This document shows, one piece after another, positions 28,363-38,690 of a DNA stretch of 64,000 nt (the first letter of the stretch is position 1; each line of letters begins with the position of its first letter). A program made the position numbers and the translations under genes. The stretch lies in the IMG/VR virus record IMGVR_UViG_3300032236_001645, positions 1 through 64,000 of that record. One strand, written 5' to 3'. The stretch comes from a virus. Below the pieces are notes generated by a model. That model worked only from the letters and a program-made list of their open reading frames with translations, was not told the origin of the DNA and searched no databases.

Positions 28363-31300
28363 TTAAGTAGTTGTTGGTGATGGTGTATTAGTTGGTGTTG
28401 GTGTTACATTTGGCGTTGGTGTTGGTGTTGTTGTTCCTTGCATGGTTGGTGTTGGTGTTGGTGAAACTCCTATAGAACTATATTCCAAATATGTATAAAC
28501 TTCAGTTGGTTCAACAAACGCACCCTTAGGTCCGAACGCATCAATAAATTTATCCAAACCAGTTTTACCATGTCTTAAACCAAAATAAAATTGGAATGGT
28601 GTTGATAATATTTGTTTAGTAACTCCACTATAATAATCCATTCTTTGTGGTAAAATAAAATCAACATTATTATCCCAATAGATTGATTGCCAACCTGTCG
28701 CACCTGACATAGGATCTGATGTATCATTACCTGCGGGACCGACTCTTATAAACAATCTACCTGAGGTTGGTGAGGTTTGTGTTCCACCAGTAACATACAA
28801 ATATGTAAATCCAGGGTATTCTGAATTATGTGCAGTATATCCACTACTTATTGATATAACATCAAATTCAAGCACATCGGTTAAATTAAGATTATTAATT
28901 GTAATACCACTAAAATCATCTGTAAATGGTAATAACAAATATTTGTCACTATCATCATCATACATTCCATTATAAGTATACCCATAAGTTGTGCCTGATA
29001 TATATGTTGTCATACCTTGTAATGGTTGTACTCTTATTGTACTAAAATCCCAAGATTGATCATCGGATGTTGCTGCGGATGTTCCACCAAACCCAGTACC
29101 TTTTTTATCCCAATAAAAAAATGGTACAGGTTGTGATGATTCTGTTAATCTACCTTGAACAAGGTTTCCATAATAATCATAATGTGTTGGTTCATTTAAA
29201 CAAGATCTAACTCTATCACCGTCATGACTTAATTCAAATGTTACAGGTAAAGGACCCCAATAACCTGAAGTGCCACCTGAATAATTCTTTTTGAAAAATT
29301 GGGGATAAAATGTTGGATCTAAATATTCAAAATCATAACCAACATATTTTGGACTTTGTAAATCAAATTCTTCAATACCAGTTTCACAGTTAATTGAAAT
29401 TGATTGTAATAAATCACCATCAAAAACATTTTCAAATCCGGCAGATTTAAAACTACCACCATTTGTAAAAAAGTCATCTAAACCAAAACTAAGATCAGAT
29501 TGCATTCTATAATTAATTGCTAATCCCAATAATTCACCAAAATTTTGATGTGATGTTGGTCCAATTGATCGAGATACTGAACAGTTCGGATCTAAAGATT
29601 CGTCAATACAAATTTCTTTAATGAATTCATCTCTCGGTCCTAAGTCGACAAATGTTGTTGGATGTGTAATACCAAGAAAAGTATTTGTTGTTGCATTGAA
29701 TGGTGCCGATCTATAATAAAATCTACTTTGTCCATCAACATATCTAACAAGATCTCTACAGTATTTAATTAAATTTTCAGCTCCTTTAGTTATTCTTCTA
29801 ACTTTAAATTGGAAAAAATATAATGAACCTGAAAGCCAGTTATCTATAAATCCATAATTAACAATACCACCACAAAACATTTTACCAACTCTTTTTCTTC
29901 TATAATATTCTAATAAAATTCCATTTAATCTTCCGCTACTTTGAGTACCTGGTACAATATAGTAAACACCATTTCTAAATTCACTCATAGGATTACCATT
30001 CGGCAAACCAAATTTGTATTGAGAACAGTTAATTTTTCTAACGTCTTTCATATCCGTAAATGCGGTATTTGTTCCACTACCATAAATTGCGGTTGAAATT
30101 AATTTACCATCAATATTAGGGTCATATGTTGCTACGTATCTTCTAAAAGGTTGTCCACGTTCGGTTATTACAGTTTGATATACATCCGTTGTATGACAAC
30201 TAACTGGTGGATATACACCAGTTGCTGATTCAACATAATATCCATGAATAAGACTTGTATCGTAAACTTTATCATACATATCACAACCTGATTCTGTATT
30301 AGTGGTACTACCAGTATTACTACTATTAATAGAATTAGGATCAATTATTTTAACAGTATAAGTTGTATTAGTATCAGTAAAATATTTCTGTCCATCAAGA
30401 AAATAATAATTACCACTATAATTAAAAACCGCAACTGATTGATCATCATACGCACCATTGTTAAGATACATAAATGAATTATTAAGATTTACAACGGCAT
30501 ATACATCCTGTCTAGCAATTAAATCGTGTATATCAGTAATAGTTGTACCAGTTGCACCACAATCTGTATCGTTATATATAGTGAAATTACTTATCTGTTT
30601 TAATGAATTGGTACTTCCCGTAATCTGAAAAGTTGCCATAATACAACTTATACCTCCACCACTTATACCTACCGGTTGACTTTCCGATGAACATTCGCTA
30701 CAATCTGGATAATTTATTAAACTTAGTTTTGTTGTATTTTCTCTTTGTACTGAACTTAACCAGTTTTGTAATTGATGTCCCATTTGATTTGCCCAACCAA
30801 TATTTGTACCTTCTAAAAAATCACCAATACCACCCAAAAGAAAAATCATTGTATTTAAAAACATTAATGTAAGCCATTTAAATACAAAATCTAAAATCAA
30901 TAAAAAATCAGCAATTAATAATGTAAATGTATAATTTTTTGTTGCAAAATTTACCGGTGGAATTAAATTATCACAATCTTCTTCTTCAGGTGGAACCAAT
31001 TCTTTTAACCCAACATATTGATTTTTACCAAATAATGTTGCTCCGATTGCTGCACCTGCGGGACCACCAACCGCACCACCTATAAGTGCACCTGTGTAAT
31101 CTTGTTTAATGTAATGACTTTGAAATGAAGAAAGAGTATATACTTTATTATAATTAAATCTATAGAAATAATCTTTAGGATAATATTCTCCATTTTCAGA
31201 ATATAAAATACCTTTACTTGAATCATTACTTACTGCCGGTATTGGATAATCATTCCAATCAGTAGAAAAGGCATAAGATTTGTCATCTATTGTTGAACCT

Positions 31301-32463
31301 GAAATGTATTCTCTAATATTTGGAATTAAGTAATCAGCATTAGCACGAACTCTTGATAAACCATTATCATCAATATTAATTCTAATACGATAACACGCAG
31401 ATGTTGCAATACCTTTATTCGGATCATTTGTAATTACAATGTCACCAAACTCATCGGTATAAACATAATCCATGTTCATAGGTAATGGCATCATAAAACC
31501 ACCATCTTCTGATATATCTTCATGTAAATCATATTCTTCTAAATAAGGTCTGTGGTTTTCATCTTTTTGTGGGGTAAATCTTATCGCCTCAATCTTTGCG
31601 GATTTTGTTACTAAATCACATTTTCTACCCATTTTCTTTCTTGGTGTACAGTTTTTATTAACTGAATTTTTACCATTATCAGTAAAAACACCACCAATCA
31701 AATATGCTTTAGGTTCTATTTTAACACCTTTATCAGATAAGTCAAAGTCTGCTCTACTAATACCAATTTCACAATAATCTTCACTTCCCCAAAATGGATA
31801 AACTTCAATTGATTTATCAAATGTAACAATTTGAGGTAACGAAGTTAAATCTTCAGATGCTTTAAATTTATATTTGTTTTTAAAATTATCAACTCCTTTA
31901 CCTTGTCTTATAAAATCGTAAGGTCTTAATGAAAAACAACCAATATCAGATAAGTCAACATCTACGTGTAAAGTTTGTGTACCCAATGGAACTCCCCAAA
32001 TCATAAAGTCACCCGCCATATTAGTTTTAACGGTATATGTGTAATAATTTTCATATACTTCTAATATCGCTTCTTGAGTTAAAATATCTTCCTGATCAGG
32101 AAAAGTACCTGTTGGTTGATGTCCACTATGTTGTTGTCTTTTTGGTAATAAATTGTAACGATAATTGTTATCGTCTTTGTCTGAAATTGTCTTATATGGG
32201 TATAAACTTGAAATTACGGGATCATTAATATGTTCCTCCTTTAGGGGTACAAAAATAGAAACCCTTGCATTTGGAACACCAAAACCATTGTTTACTGAAA
32301 TTCTTCCACAAACCACCCCGTAATCCGCACAAAATGATGAATATGTCTGTTGTTGACTAAATTTTAGAGATAAGATTTCTAATAAGTCAAAATCTTGTTT
32401 TAACTCAACTTTAATAAGTTGATCTTTACCAATCTCCGTTGAAATTCTGTGTTTTTGTACCAT
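28363..32463 (-). CDS. large virion protein with prealbumin/carboxypeptidase-regulatory-like N-terminus, glycine zipper and hydrophobic helices, terminal TPT tail
   Basis: GRISVNNGFGVPNARVSIF...TNMAGDFMIWGVPLG; GALIGGAVGGPAGAAIG; 35-aa hydrophobic stretch. Confidence 0.55.
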   Translation of the reverse strand: MVQKHRISTEIGKDQLIKVELKQDFDLLEILSLKFSQQQTYSSFCADYGVVCGRISVNNGFGVPNARVSIFVPLKEEHINDPVISSLYPYKTISDKDDNNYRYNLLPKRQQHSGHQPTGTFPDQEDILTQEAILEVYENYYTYTVKTNMAGDFMIWGVPLGTQTLHVDVDLSDIGCFSLRPYDFIRQGKGVDNFKNKYKFKASEDLTSLPQIVTFDKSIEVYPFWGSEDYCEIGISRADFDLSDKGVKIEPKAYLIGGVFTDNGKNSVNKNCTPRKKMGRKCDLVTKSAKIEAIRFTPQKDENHRPYLEEYDLHEDISEDGGFMMPLPMNMDYVYTDEFGDIVITNDPNKGIATSACYRIRINIDDNGLSRVRANADYLIPNIREYISGSTIDDKSYAFSTDWNDYPIPAVSNDSSKGILYSENGEYYPKDYFYRFNYNKVYTLSSFQSHYIKQDYTGALIGGAVGGPAGAAIGATLFGKNQYVGLKELVPPEEEDCDNLIPPVNFATKNYTFTLLIADFLLILDFVFKWLTLMFLNTMIFLLGGIGDFLEGTNIGWANQMGHQLQNWLSSVQRENTTKLSLINYPDCSECSSESQPVGISGGGISCIMATFQITGSTNSLKQISNFTIYNDTDCGATGTTITDIHDLIARQDVYAVVNLNNSFMYLNNGAYDDQSVAVFNYSGNYYFLDGQKYFTDTNTTYTVKIIDPNSINSSNTGSTTNTESGCDMYDKVYDTSLIHGYYVESATGVYPPVSCHTTDVYQTVITERGQPFRRYVATYDPNIDGKLISTAIYGSGTNTAFTDMKDVRKINCSQYKFGLPNGNPMSEFRNGVYYIVPGTQSSGRLNGILLEYYRRKRVGKMFCGGIVNYGFIDNWLSGSLYFFQFKVRRITKGAENLIKYCRDLVRYVDGQSRFYYRSAPFNATTNTFLGITHPTTFVDLGPRDEFIKEICIDESLDPNCSVSRSIGPTSHQNFGELLGLAINYRMQSDLSFGLDDFFTNGGSFKSAGFENVFDGDLLQSISINCETGIEEFDLQSPKYVGYDFEYLDPTFYPQFFKKNYSGGTSGYWGPLPVTFELSHDGDRVRSCLNEPTHYDYYGNLVQGRLTESSQPVPFFYWDKKGTGFGGTSAATSDDQSWDFSTIRVQPLQGMTTYISGTTYGYTYNGMYDDDSDKYLLLPFTDDFSGITINNLNLTDVLEFDVISISSGYTAHNSEYPGFTYLYVTGGTQTSPTSGRLFIRVGPAGNDTSDPMSGATGWQSIYWDNNVDFILPQRMDYYSGVTKQILSTPFQFYFGLRHGKTGLDKFIDAFGPKGAFVEPTEVYTYLEYSSIGVSPTPTPTMQGTTTPTPTPNVTPTPTNTPSPTTT

Positions 32464-32517
32464 TCTTATAATAAATAGAAAAAATGAAATTTTCTACTAT
32501 TATAAACTAAAAAACTT

Positions 32518-34350
32518 TTAGTATGTAGTCGTTCCTAATGATTTGGTTCTCACTAAAATATCAATATTCGGGAATCTAATTTGAAAAATTTGATTTGACT
32601 TCATATAAATGATATGATCCGATTGTTGTATTTCTTTTGTTGTACTATCAACATATGGCATCACCGTTTCTGCGGACGAATATAATCCACCTATTTTATT
32701 GTAAACTCTAATATCTACCACATTAACGACACCAGGTATTGCTCCAATTGAATGGATTAAATCTCCAATAAACAATGGATCTCCCATTTTTCTTTTTGTC
32801 ACATCAAAAAATTGAGTTGCTCCACTTATTGTTGATTTTATAACATCTGTTGGTTTTTCGTTTTTGTCAATAACCAAATCAATCTGTAATGATAAGTCTA
32901 TTACCTCTCCTGTTGCAATATCAATATAATCATTAATCATTCTAAACTCAGAAAGATATTCTACAATATTACTAGCCAAAGTATTAGAAACCGTATCAGT
33001 TAAATTACCTTGATCGTCATAGGATAAAATTTTAATTCTAACTTTATTATCTTCTTCCATGACGTTAACTTTTGCGGGCGCACCATATGTACCTGGCATT
33101 GTTTCAATTAATGATTTATAATCATTTAAAGTAACCGCTCTATCTTGTGCCGCAAAATTATAAGAAATCATATTTCTTAATTCTTCAATACTAGGTTGAT
33201 CAGAACCACCTATTGCTGGTGTAACATTTACAACTCTTAAAGATTGTATAGTTTGTGTGTTCAAATTACTAACAGGACCGTTAACATTGAACTCAACATT
33301 CTCTACGCTGTTAATCACATTAACACCTAAGTTACTATCTTTACCACCACCAACTCTATATTTTACAAACAATGTTGAATTACTCTTTGGTATTGCACCC
33401 AATGATGTATTATTAAGATAACTTGCCAAATTTACTTTCAAAGAATCTGTCATGTAGTTGTCTAAATTACTCATCGGATCAACATTACCTGAACCAAATG
33501 TTAATGAAATATAACCTTCAGGTGTGTATTCAGTTACAAACTTATTTGTAACATTCATATATGTTCCTGATTTAAAATTATTTCTATCAGATACTGAAGT
33601 TGGATCCGGTACAAAAACTTTATCTTGAATTAATGAATTTACTTCGTACCATTTATTTGTGGAACTCGCAAATTCTGAAGATGTTGGATTCGCACCATAG
33701 TTTGTACCATCTTTATGTATAACAGTTGTAACTCCTAAAACATCTTGTTCAGGTAGATATAATTTTAAAAATGGTTTCTGATCTAAATCTGTAATTACTC
33801 TTCTGTATATTCTTGTAACACCATTAACAACCGCTTCTCTTTTAGTAATTGTATATGATACTAATGTATTTGTTGCATCAAAATTTGGTATTTTTAATCT
33901 ATTTGGTTCACCTTTACTATTAAATGGATTTGAAAAATCAATATCCTCTACTGTTTCAAAAACTTGTCCGCCACCTGAAACTTGTGCTCCCGCTTTTAAT
34001 ATACCCAAATATCTTTCATCTTCCTTATCACCTCTTGGTATTACATTTATTGAAAAATCACATAATGCAACTGAAGGACGATTACCTGGTATTTTCATAC
34101 CATAGGTTTTTGCAATATGAAATAAAGATTGTCTTTGTTGAGCAAAATCTAAAATTGTTTCTTGCCAAACTCTATCAATATGGAAGTGTAAGTTATCCGC
34201 AACCGCAGCATTTAAATCTAACAATACTGAATAAATTGAGGCGTCATTTGTATTCTTGATTAAATCAGGGTAATATTGTGTTGTTAAATTAACTAACTCT
34301 TGTCTAAGTCCCGCAAAGTCTCTTGTTGCGTATGATATTTTTTTACTCAT
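32518..34350 (-). CDS. baseplate wedge subunit (T4 gp6 / baseplate J-like)
   Basis: RDFAGLRQEL, AQQRQSLFHIAKTYG, FGSG, YRVGGG, GGSD...AQDRAVTLNDY. Confidence 0.88.
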   Translation of the reverse strand: MSKKISYATRDFAGLRQELVNLTTQYYPDLIKNTNDASIYSVLLDLNAAVADNLHFHIDRVWQETILDFAQQRQSLFHIAKTYGMKIPGNRPSVALCDFSINVIPRGDKEDERYLGILKAGAQVSGGGQVFETVEDIDFSNPFNSKGEPNRLKIPNFDATNTLVSYTITKREAVVNGVTRIYRRVITDLDQKPFLKLYLPEQDVLGVTTVIHKDGTNYGANPTSSEFASSTNKWYEVNSLIQDKVFVPDPTSVSDRNNFKSGTYMNVTNKFVTEYTPEGYISLTFGSGNVDPMSNLDNYMTDSLKVNLASYLNNTSLGAIPKSNSTLFVKYRVGGGKDSNLGVNVINSVENVEFNVNGPVSNLNTQTIQSLRVVNVTPAIGGSDQPSIEELRNMISYNFAAQDRAVTLNDYKSLIETMPGTYGAPAKVNVMEEDNKVRIKILSYDDQGNLTDTVSNTLASNIVEYLSEFRMINDYIDIATGEVIDLSLQIDLVIDKNEKPTDVIKSTISGATQFFDVTKRKMGDPLFIGDLIHSIGAIPGVVNVVDIRVYNKIGGLYSSAETVMPYVDSTTKEIQQSDHIIYMKSNQIFQIRFPNIDILVRTKSLGTTTY

Positions 34351-34351
34351 T

Positions 34352-34804
34352 TTAAATGTTTAAGATTACAAAATCCGAAGATGTAAATGCTCCGTTATTG
34401 ACATTATATTCTATTTTTACAACTGCAGTATATGGTTTAGCGGAATTATCTGAAATTCTAAAAAGTCGATTATCCTCATTTTCCGCAGGTGATCTAAATT
34501 GTGACGGATCATCTTCGGCAGACATTATATTAATTGATGTAATATCTAAATTAGGAATGTATTTTTTAACCGATTCTCTAATTTCACTTTCAATTAAACC
34601 ATAGGTTACCGCATCATTCTGATCAAAAATAAATTGATATAATCTAGTTCCAAAATCAGGTAAAAAGTACCTACTTCCTTTTCTTGTTAATAACAAGTGG
34701 ATTAAATTTGCTCTAATCTCTCTTTCGGGAGTTGGAGTCATTTTTAGAAATTTACCTTCTAAACTGTCACTAAACGGAAAATCTACACCGTATGATACTG
34801 CCAT
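34352..34804 (-). CDS. baseplate wedge gp25-like protein
   Basis: NLIHLLLTRKGSRYFLPDFGTRLYQFIFD motif. Confidence 0.9.
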   Translation of the reverse strand: MAVSYGVDFPFSDSLEGKFLKMTPTPEREIRANLIHLLLTRKGSRYFLPDFGTRLYQFIFDQNDAVTYGLIESEIRESVKKYIPNLDITSINIMSAEDDPSQFRSPAENEDNRLFRISDNSAKPYTAVVKIEYNVNNGAFTSSDFVILNI

Positions 34805-34834
34805 ATTGTATAAATATAATCAATAGTAAAATGG

Positions 34835-35002
34835 TTATGTATCTTCTTCTGTATTTGTATTTCCTTTTTGATGTGGGGGTAGATATGGACATTCAGAACA
34901 TTTATTACCACAACAATAACCTCTCTTTAACAAAAAAAGAGAAGTCAGAACCATAAGTCCTGACTCCTCATCTATTGTATAATCAACACCCTCTATTAAC
35001 AT
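34835..35002 (-). CDS. small Cys-rich protein, DUF5522-like (55 aa; missing from the ORF track)
   Basis: MLIEGVDYTIDEESGLMVLTSLFLLKRGYCCGNKCSECPYLPPHQKGNTNTEEDT; TAATG overlap with the RNR stop. Confidence 0.8.
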   Translation of the reverse strand: MLIEGVDYTIDEESGLMVLTSLFLLKRGYCCGNKCSECPYLPPHQKGNTNTEEDT

Positions 35003-37263
35003 TAGATACTTGTTACATCACATTGTGCCCCACTACAACTTTGTGCTGCAAAGTCTGAAATGTTCTTGTATTGTGGTTTATCCAAAATTTCACCAAAGTT
35101 TACTTCTTTAAATTGACGAGTAATGGTTTCCCACTTATAAAATAAGTGAACGTCTTTTAAACAATAAACCATTTTCTTTAAATCGTTTTTGAAATAATTC
35201 TTAGCAAATTTCTTCGCTCTTTGTAACCAATATTCTTTTAGTAATACTTGTTCTCTCGTTCCTGTTAAAGGAATACTTCTATCTAATAAAGTATCACAAG
35301 CTAACCATAAATTTTGTCCAAAGTAATGTAATCCATCAATAATTAAACCTGAAGCAAGTATTGAACCTTTACCATATGTTTCAACAATTTCATCAAGATT
35401 CAACACCGATGTAAATGGTGCTTGGTTGAAGTCTTTATCACCATAATCGGAAATAAAACTTACCGCTGTAAAGAAATCTCTTTGTTCCCAAATATAATCA
35501 ACAATCGCATCTTTATTATCAATAATAACGGTACATGATGTATTATGATTAACTGGCATATATGTACACAATTCAGGATTAGTTCCAGCATTTACCCAAT
35601 GTTGTTGTACCAATTTAATCAATTCAAGGTGTTTAATTCCTTTCATATCTTTTTTGAATAAACCGTTCTTTGGATTTTCAACAGGAACAAATACAACATA
35701 ATCACTCTTAGTTGAACTCCATACACTTTCTTCTAATAAGAATGGCATATTTTCAGTCAACCATTTTGCAGTATTACTTTCTTTATTCAACTGCATAATA
35801 CGGAAATATTTCTCAGAATGTTCAGGATGTATACCTGATGCAGTACCTAATACAACTGATGCATTACCCGATGGTTTAACACAAGTAGTTCTTGCCGCTT
35901 GATTAATATTAATAACCGCAGCAACTTCTTTGTTTGTGTCTTTAACCATTTGTGCACCCTCTTCTAACAATTCAGCATTAAATAATTTAGGGTTATTCAT
36001 CCAACCTGTAATACTAACACCTAATAAAGCTTCTCTTTCAAAAATTGCTTTACTAACAGGTCCTAAATAAGGAAACTCAGTGTAACCAGCTTGTAAAGTA
36101 CCTAAAATAGATGCGTCTCTACATGCTCTTAAAAATTTATCTTTTGTTAAACATTTTTCTGCATTAATTTCAGTTAAGTTACAACCTTGTATACCAAATT
36201 TTTCTTTATTATTTTTTACATAATCTTCAACATCATCATAATGTATCTTTCCAAAATCAATATTATCTAATACAGGTATTTTTAAAATTTCAAAACATGG
36301 ATTGAACATATCAAACCAACTATTTGCAAATACAAATCCAATATCGTTTGCTCCATCATTCAATTGTACTAAGTAATTAAATTGTTCTTTTTCAACTTCA
36401 CTTCTTAATAATAAAACTGAGTTATTACTTCTACCTCTTTGTGGGTTTTCCATTCTCCAATTACCAGTCTTAGCGTGAATCATTTCAGTATCGTTAGGAT
36501 CGACAATCATATTTAATGCTGAACGTCTAACACCTCCTGATAACACCGCATCTGCTGAATGACAAATAATATCAAATGCTAAAATTGGACGAATTTTATT
36601 ACCTTCAGTTGTAATCCATTTTTCAATTAATTGTTCAATTTTTTCCAATGATTGTTTTAAACCATCTGCACCTGGTGCTTTAAATCCACCACTAATAAAT
36701 GCACCTTTTTCTCTAATATAAGAATAATCAAATTTAATTTCATAACCAGCATATTCAGGGAATGGTTGATTATCCGCAAAATATGAAGACAATAATACAC
36801 CTAATGAATCTGCCCAACCCTCAATACTATCTTCAATATAAAATGTTTTAGTACCTAAAGTTCTTTTTTGTAATTTACTCAAATTGTTAACGAAAGGAAT
36901 TAACAATCCACCACCAAATCCACAACCAGACAATGCTAAATAGAAAATTTCTTGGAATACTCTATTACGTGCAATATGTCCTGAAGTACAGTTAAACATT
37001 CTCGTATTATGTTTCATGATTTGTTCATGTCTGTACTGTAAATTTCTTTGTGATGCTAACACAGCTTGATCTTTCATACTTTCAACCGCCGATTGTAAAT
37101 AAGGTTCAACCTTATCAGCAAATTTTTTGTATTTGATTCTATGTCCATCAATTATGTTCTCACATGCGTCTTCCCATGTTTCGTACCTTTGTTCGTCTTC
37201 TTTCCATTTAAAATAATCCGAGTGTAACTTCAAGTCACTCAGAAATTTTTTACCTTTCTGCAT
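35002..37263 (-). CDS. nrdJ: class II (adenosylcobalamin-dependent) ribonucleotide reductase
   Basis: FNC, GGVRRSA, NPCFEI (catalytic NxCxE), GCNLTEIN, TCVKPSG, C-terminal CSGAQC; no beta-subunit gene adjacent. Confidence 0.85.
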   Translation of the reverse strand: MQKGKKFLSDLKLHSDYFKWKEDEQRYETWEDACENIIDGHRIKYKKFADKVEPYLQSAVESMKDQAVLASQRNLQYRHEQIMKHNTRMFNCTSGHIARNRVFQEIFYLALSGCGFGGGLLIPFVNNLSKLQKRTLGTKTFYIEDSIEGWADSLGVLLSSYFADNQPFPEYAGYEIKFDYSYIREKGAFISGGFKAPGADGLKQSLEKIEQLIEKWITTEGNKIRPILAFDIICHSADAVLSGGVRRSALNMIVDPNDTEMIHAKTGNWRMENPQRGRSNNSVLLLRSEVEKEQFNYLVQLNDGANDIGFVFANSWFDMFNPCFEILKIPVLDNIDFGKIHYDDVEDYVKNNKEKFGIQGCNLTEINAEKCLTKDKFLRACRDASILGTLQAGYTEFPYLGPVSKAIFEREALLGVSITGWMNNPKLFNAELLEEGAQMVKDTNKEVAAVININQAARTTCVKPSGNASVVLGTASGIHPEHSEKYFRIMQLNKESNTAKWLTENMPFLLEESVWSSTKSDYVVFVPVENPKNGLFKKDMKGIKHLELIKLVQQHWVNAGTNPELCTYMPVNHNTSCTVIIDNKDAIVDYIWEQRDFFTAVSFISDYGDKDFNQAPFTSVLNLDEIVETYGKGSILASGLIIDGLHYFGQNLWLACDTLLDRSIPLTGTREQVLLKEYWLQRAKKFAKNYFKNDLKKMVYCLKDVHLFYKWETITRQFKEVNFGEILDKPQYKNISDFAAQSCSGAQCDVTSI

Positions 37264-37284
37264 TTGTTTCCTAATTTTATGTTT

Positions 37285-38661
37285 TTATTTATTTAATAAT
37301 TCTTGTCTCTTTTTGTAAGCTTCAGCAGCTCTATTCACGTTCTTTTGAGCTTGTTGCTCTTCATGCCCCAATAATGTATTTTGGGATTCGGTATCAATAA
37401 CAAGGAACTCATTATTGAATTTACAGTTTTGGAATACAACACCATCTCTACCTATACGAGATTTTAATAAAGTAAGTGTTGCCAAATTATTGTCTTTTTG
37501 TTCTAAAGTCTTACCGATAGATAATATAACGTGTGCAATTTGTGCCTTTTTGATTGAACCACCCATTTGATCTCCTGTTACAACTTCACTTGAAATAGAT
37601 TCACGATTACCTTGTGTTGCCGTCCATATTGCCATTTCAAATTCACTTGTCATTGATTCTAAACTTCTCATAATTGAACCTTCTCCTTTCCATTCTTCAC
37701 CAAATGTACTTCTTTCAGGTGAAATACAATCCACATAGTCGATTACTAATAAATCAACTTTAGTAGGATTTTCTGAATTCATTTTTCTGATTTTATTTTT
37801 AATTTCAGAAATAGTAACATTATCACTAGCCAATTTTAATAATTTCAAACTTCCTTTAGAACGAGCCTGAGCTTCTTCTACTTTTTGTTTTACTTCATCC
37901 TTAAATTCAGGTTGTGAATCAGGTGCAATTTCAGTCCAAATTGTATAGTGTTTTCTTTTAATATTACCTGGATTATCTTCAAAGAAAATCTGAACGACAT
38001 TGTAACCTAAGTTATATGCTGTATTAGCAAATTTAGTTAATAAGGTTGTTTTACCAGTACCAGTTGGTGCCAATACAACCCCTAATTCTCCGATTCCTAA
38101 TCCACCTTTAAGTAAGTTATCAATTCCCACAATACCTGTCGGTAATGGGTGTCTAAAGTCCTTTTCTAACGCTCCATCTATATCATGAAATACATCCGTT
38201 GCTTCATCACTTGTTATACCAACTTGTAACGCTTTTTGAATGATTTCTTCAATCTTACTATAAGCCTCAAATTCACCACTATCTATAATACTTTGTACAC
38301 TTTTCAATTCTCTTTTTAAATTCTGTTGTTTACAGAAATTCATTGCAGTATCTTTAACATACTCAATTTGTTGTTCGTTATTTTTAATTGCATCAAGTGT
38401 ATCAGTATGTACTTTAGAAGAAGATGTGTTACCATTTTCAGCCATTATTTTCTGTGCAATTGTATTGTAATCGGGAATTTTATTATAATTCTTATATAAC
38501 TCTTTCATGTTTTCCATGATGAATCTAAATGAATTATTTTCAAAATATTTGCTTTCTAATACGTCAATAATTGTCTCACCGTATTTTTTGTCTTCAATGA
38601 TTGCCTTTAGTAATGATTGTTGAAATGAGAAACCTAAGTATCCAAAGTTTTTTTCTTCCAT
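37285..38661 (-). CDS. dnaB: replicative DnaB/gp41-like helicase
   Basis: APTGTGKTT Walker A, VIDYVD Walker B, TATQGNR, KSRIG. Confidence 0.92.
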   Translation of the reverse strand: MEEKNFGYLGFSFQQSLLKAIIEDKKYGETIIDVLESKYFENNSFRFIMENMKELYKNYNKIPDYNTIAQKIMAENGNTSSSKVHTDTLDAIKNNEQQIEYVKDTAMNFCKQQNLKRELKSVQSIIDSGEFEAYSKIEEIIQKALQVGITSDEATDVFHDIDGALEKDFRHPLPTGIVGIDNLLKGGLGIGELGVVLAPTGTGKTTLLTKFANTAYNLGYNVVQIFFEDNPGNIKRKHYTIWTEIAPDSQPEFKDEVKQKVEEAQARSKGSLKLLKLASDNVTISEIKNKIRKMNSENPTKVDLLVIDYVDCISPERSTFGEEWKGEGSIMRSLESMTSEFEMAIWTATQGNRESISSEVVTGDQMGGSIKKAQIAHVILSIGKTLEQKDNNLATLTLLKSRIGRDGVVFQNCKFNNEFLVIDTESQNTLLGHEEQQAQKNVNRAAEAYKKRQELLNK

Positions 38662-38690
38662 AGTAGTATTAATATATAGTTGTTTTTAAA

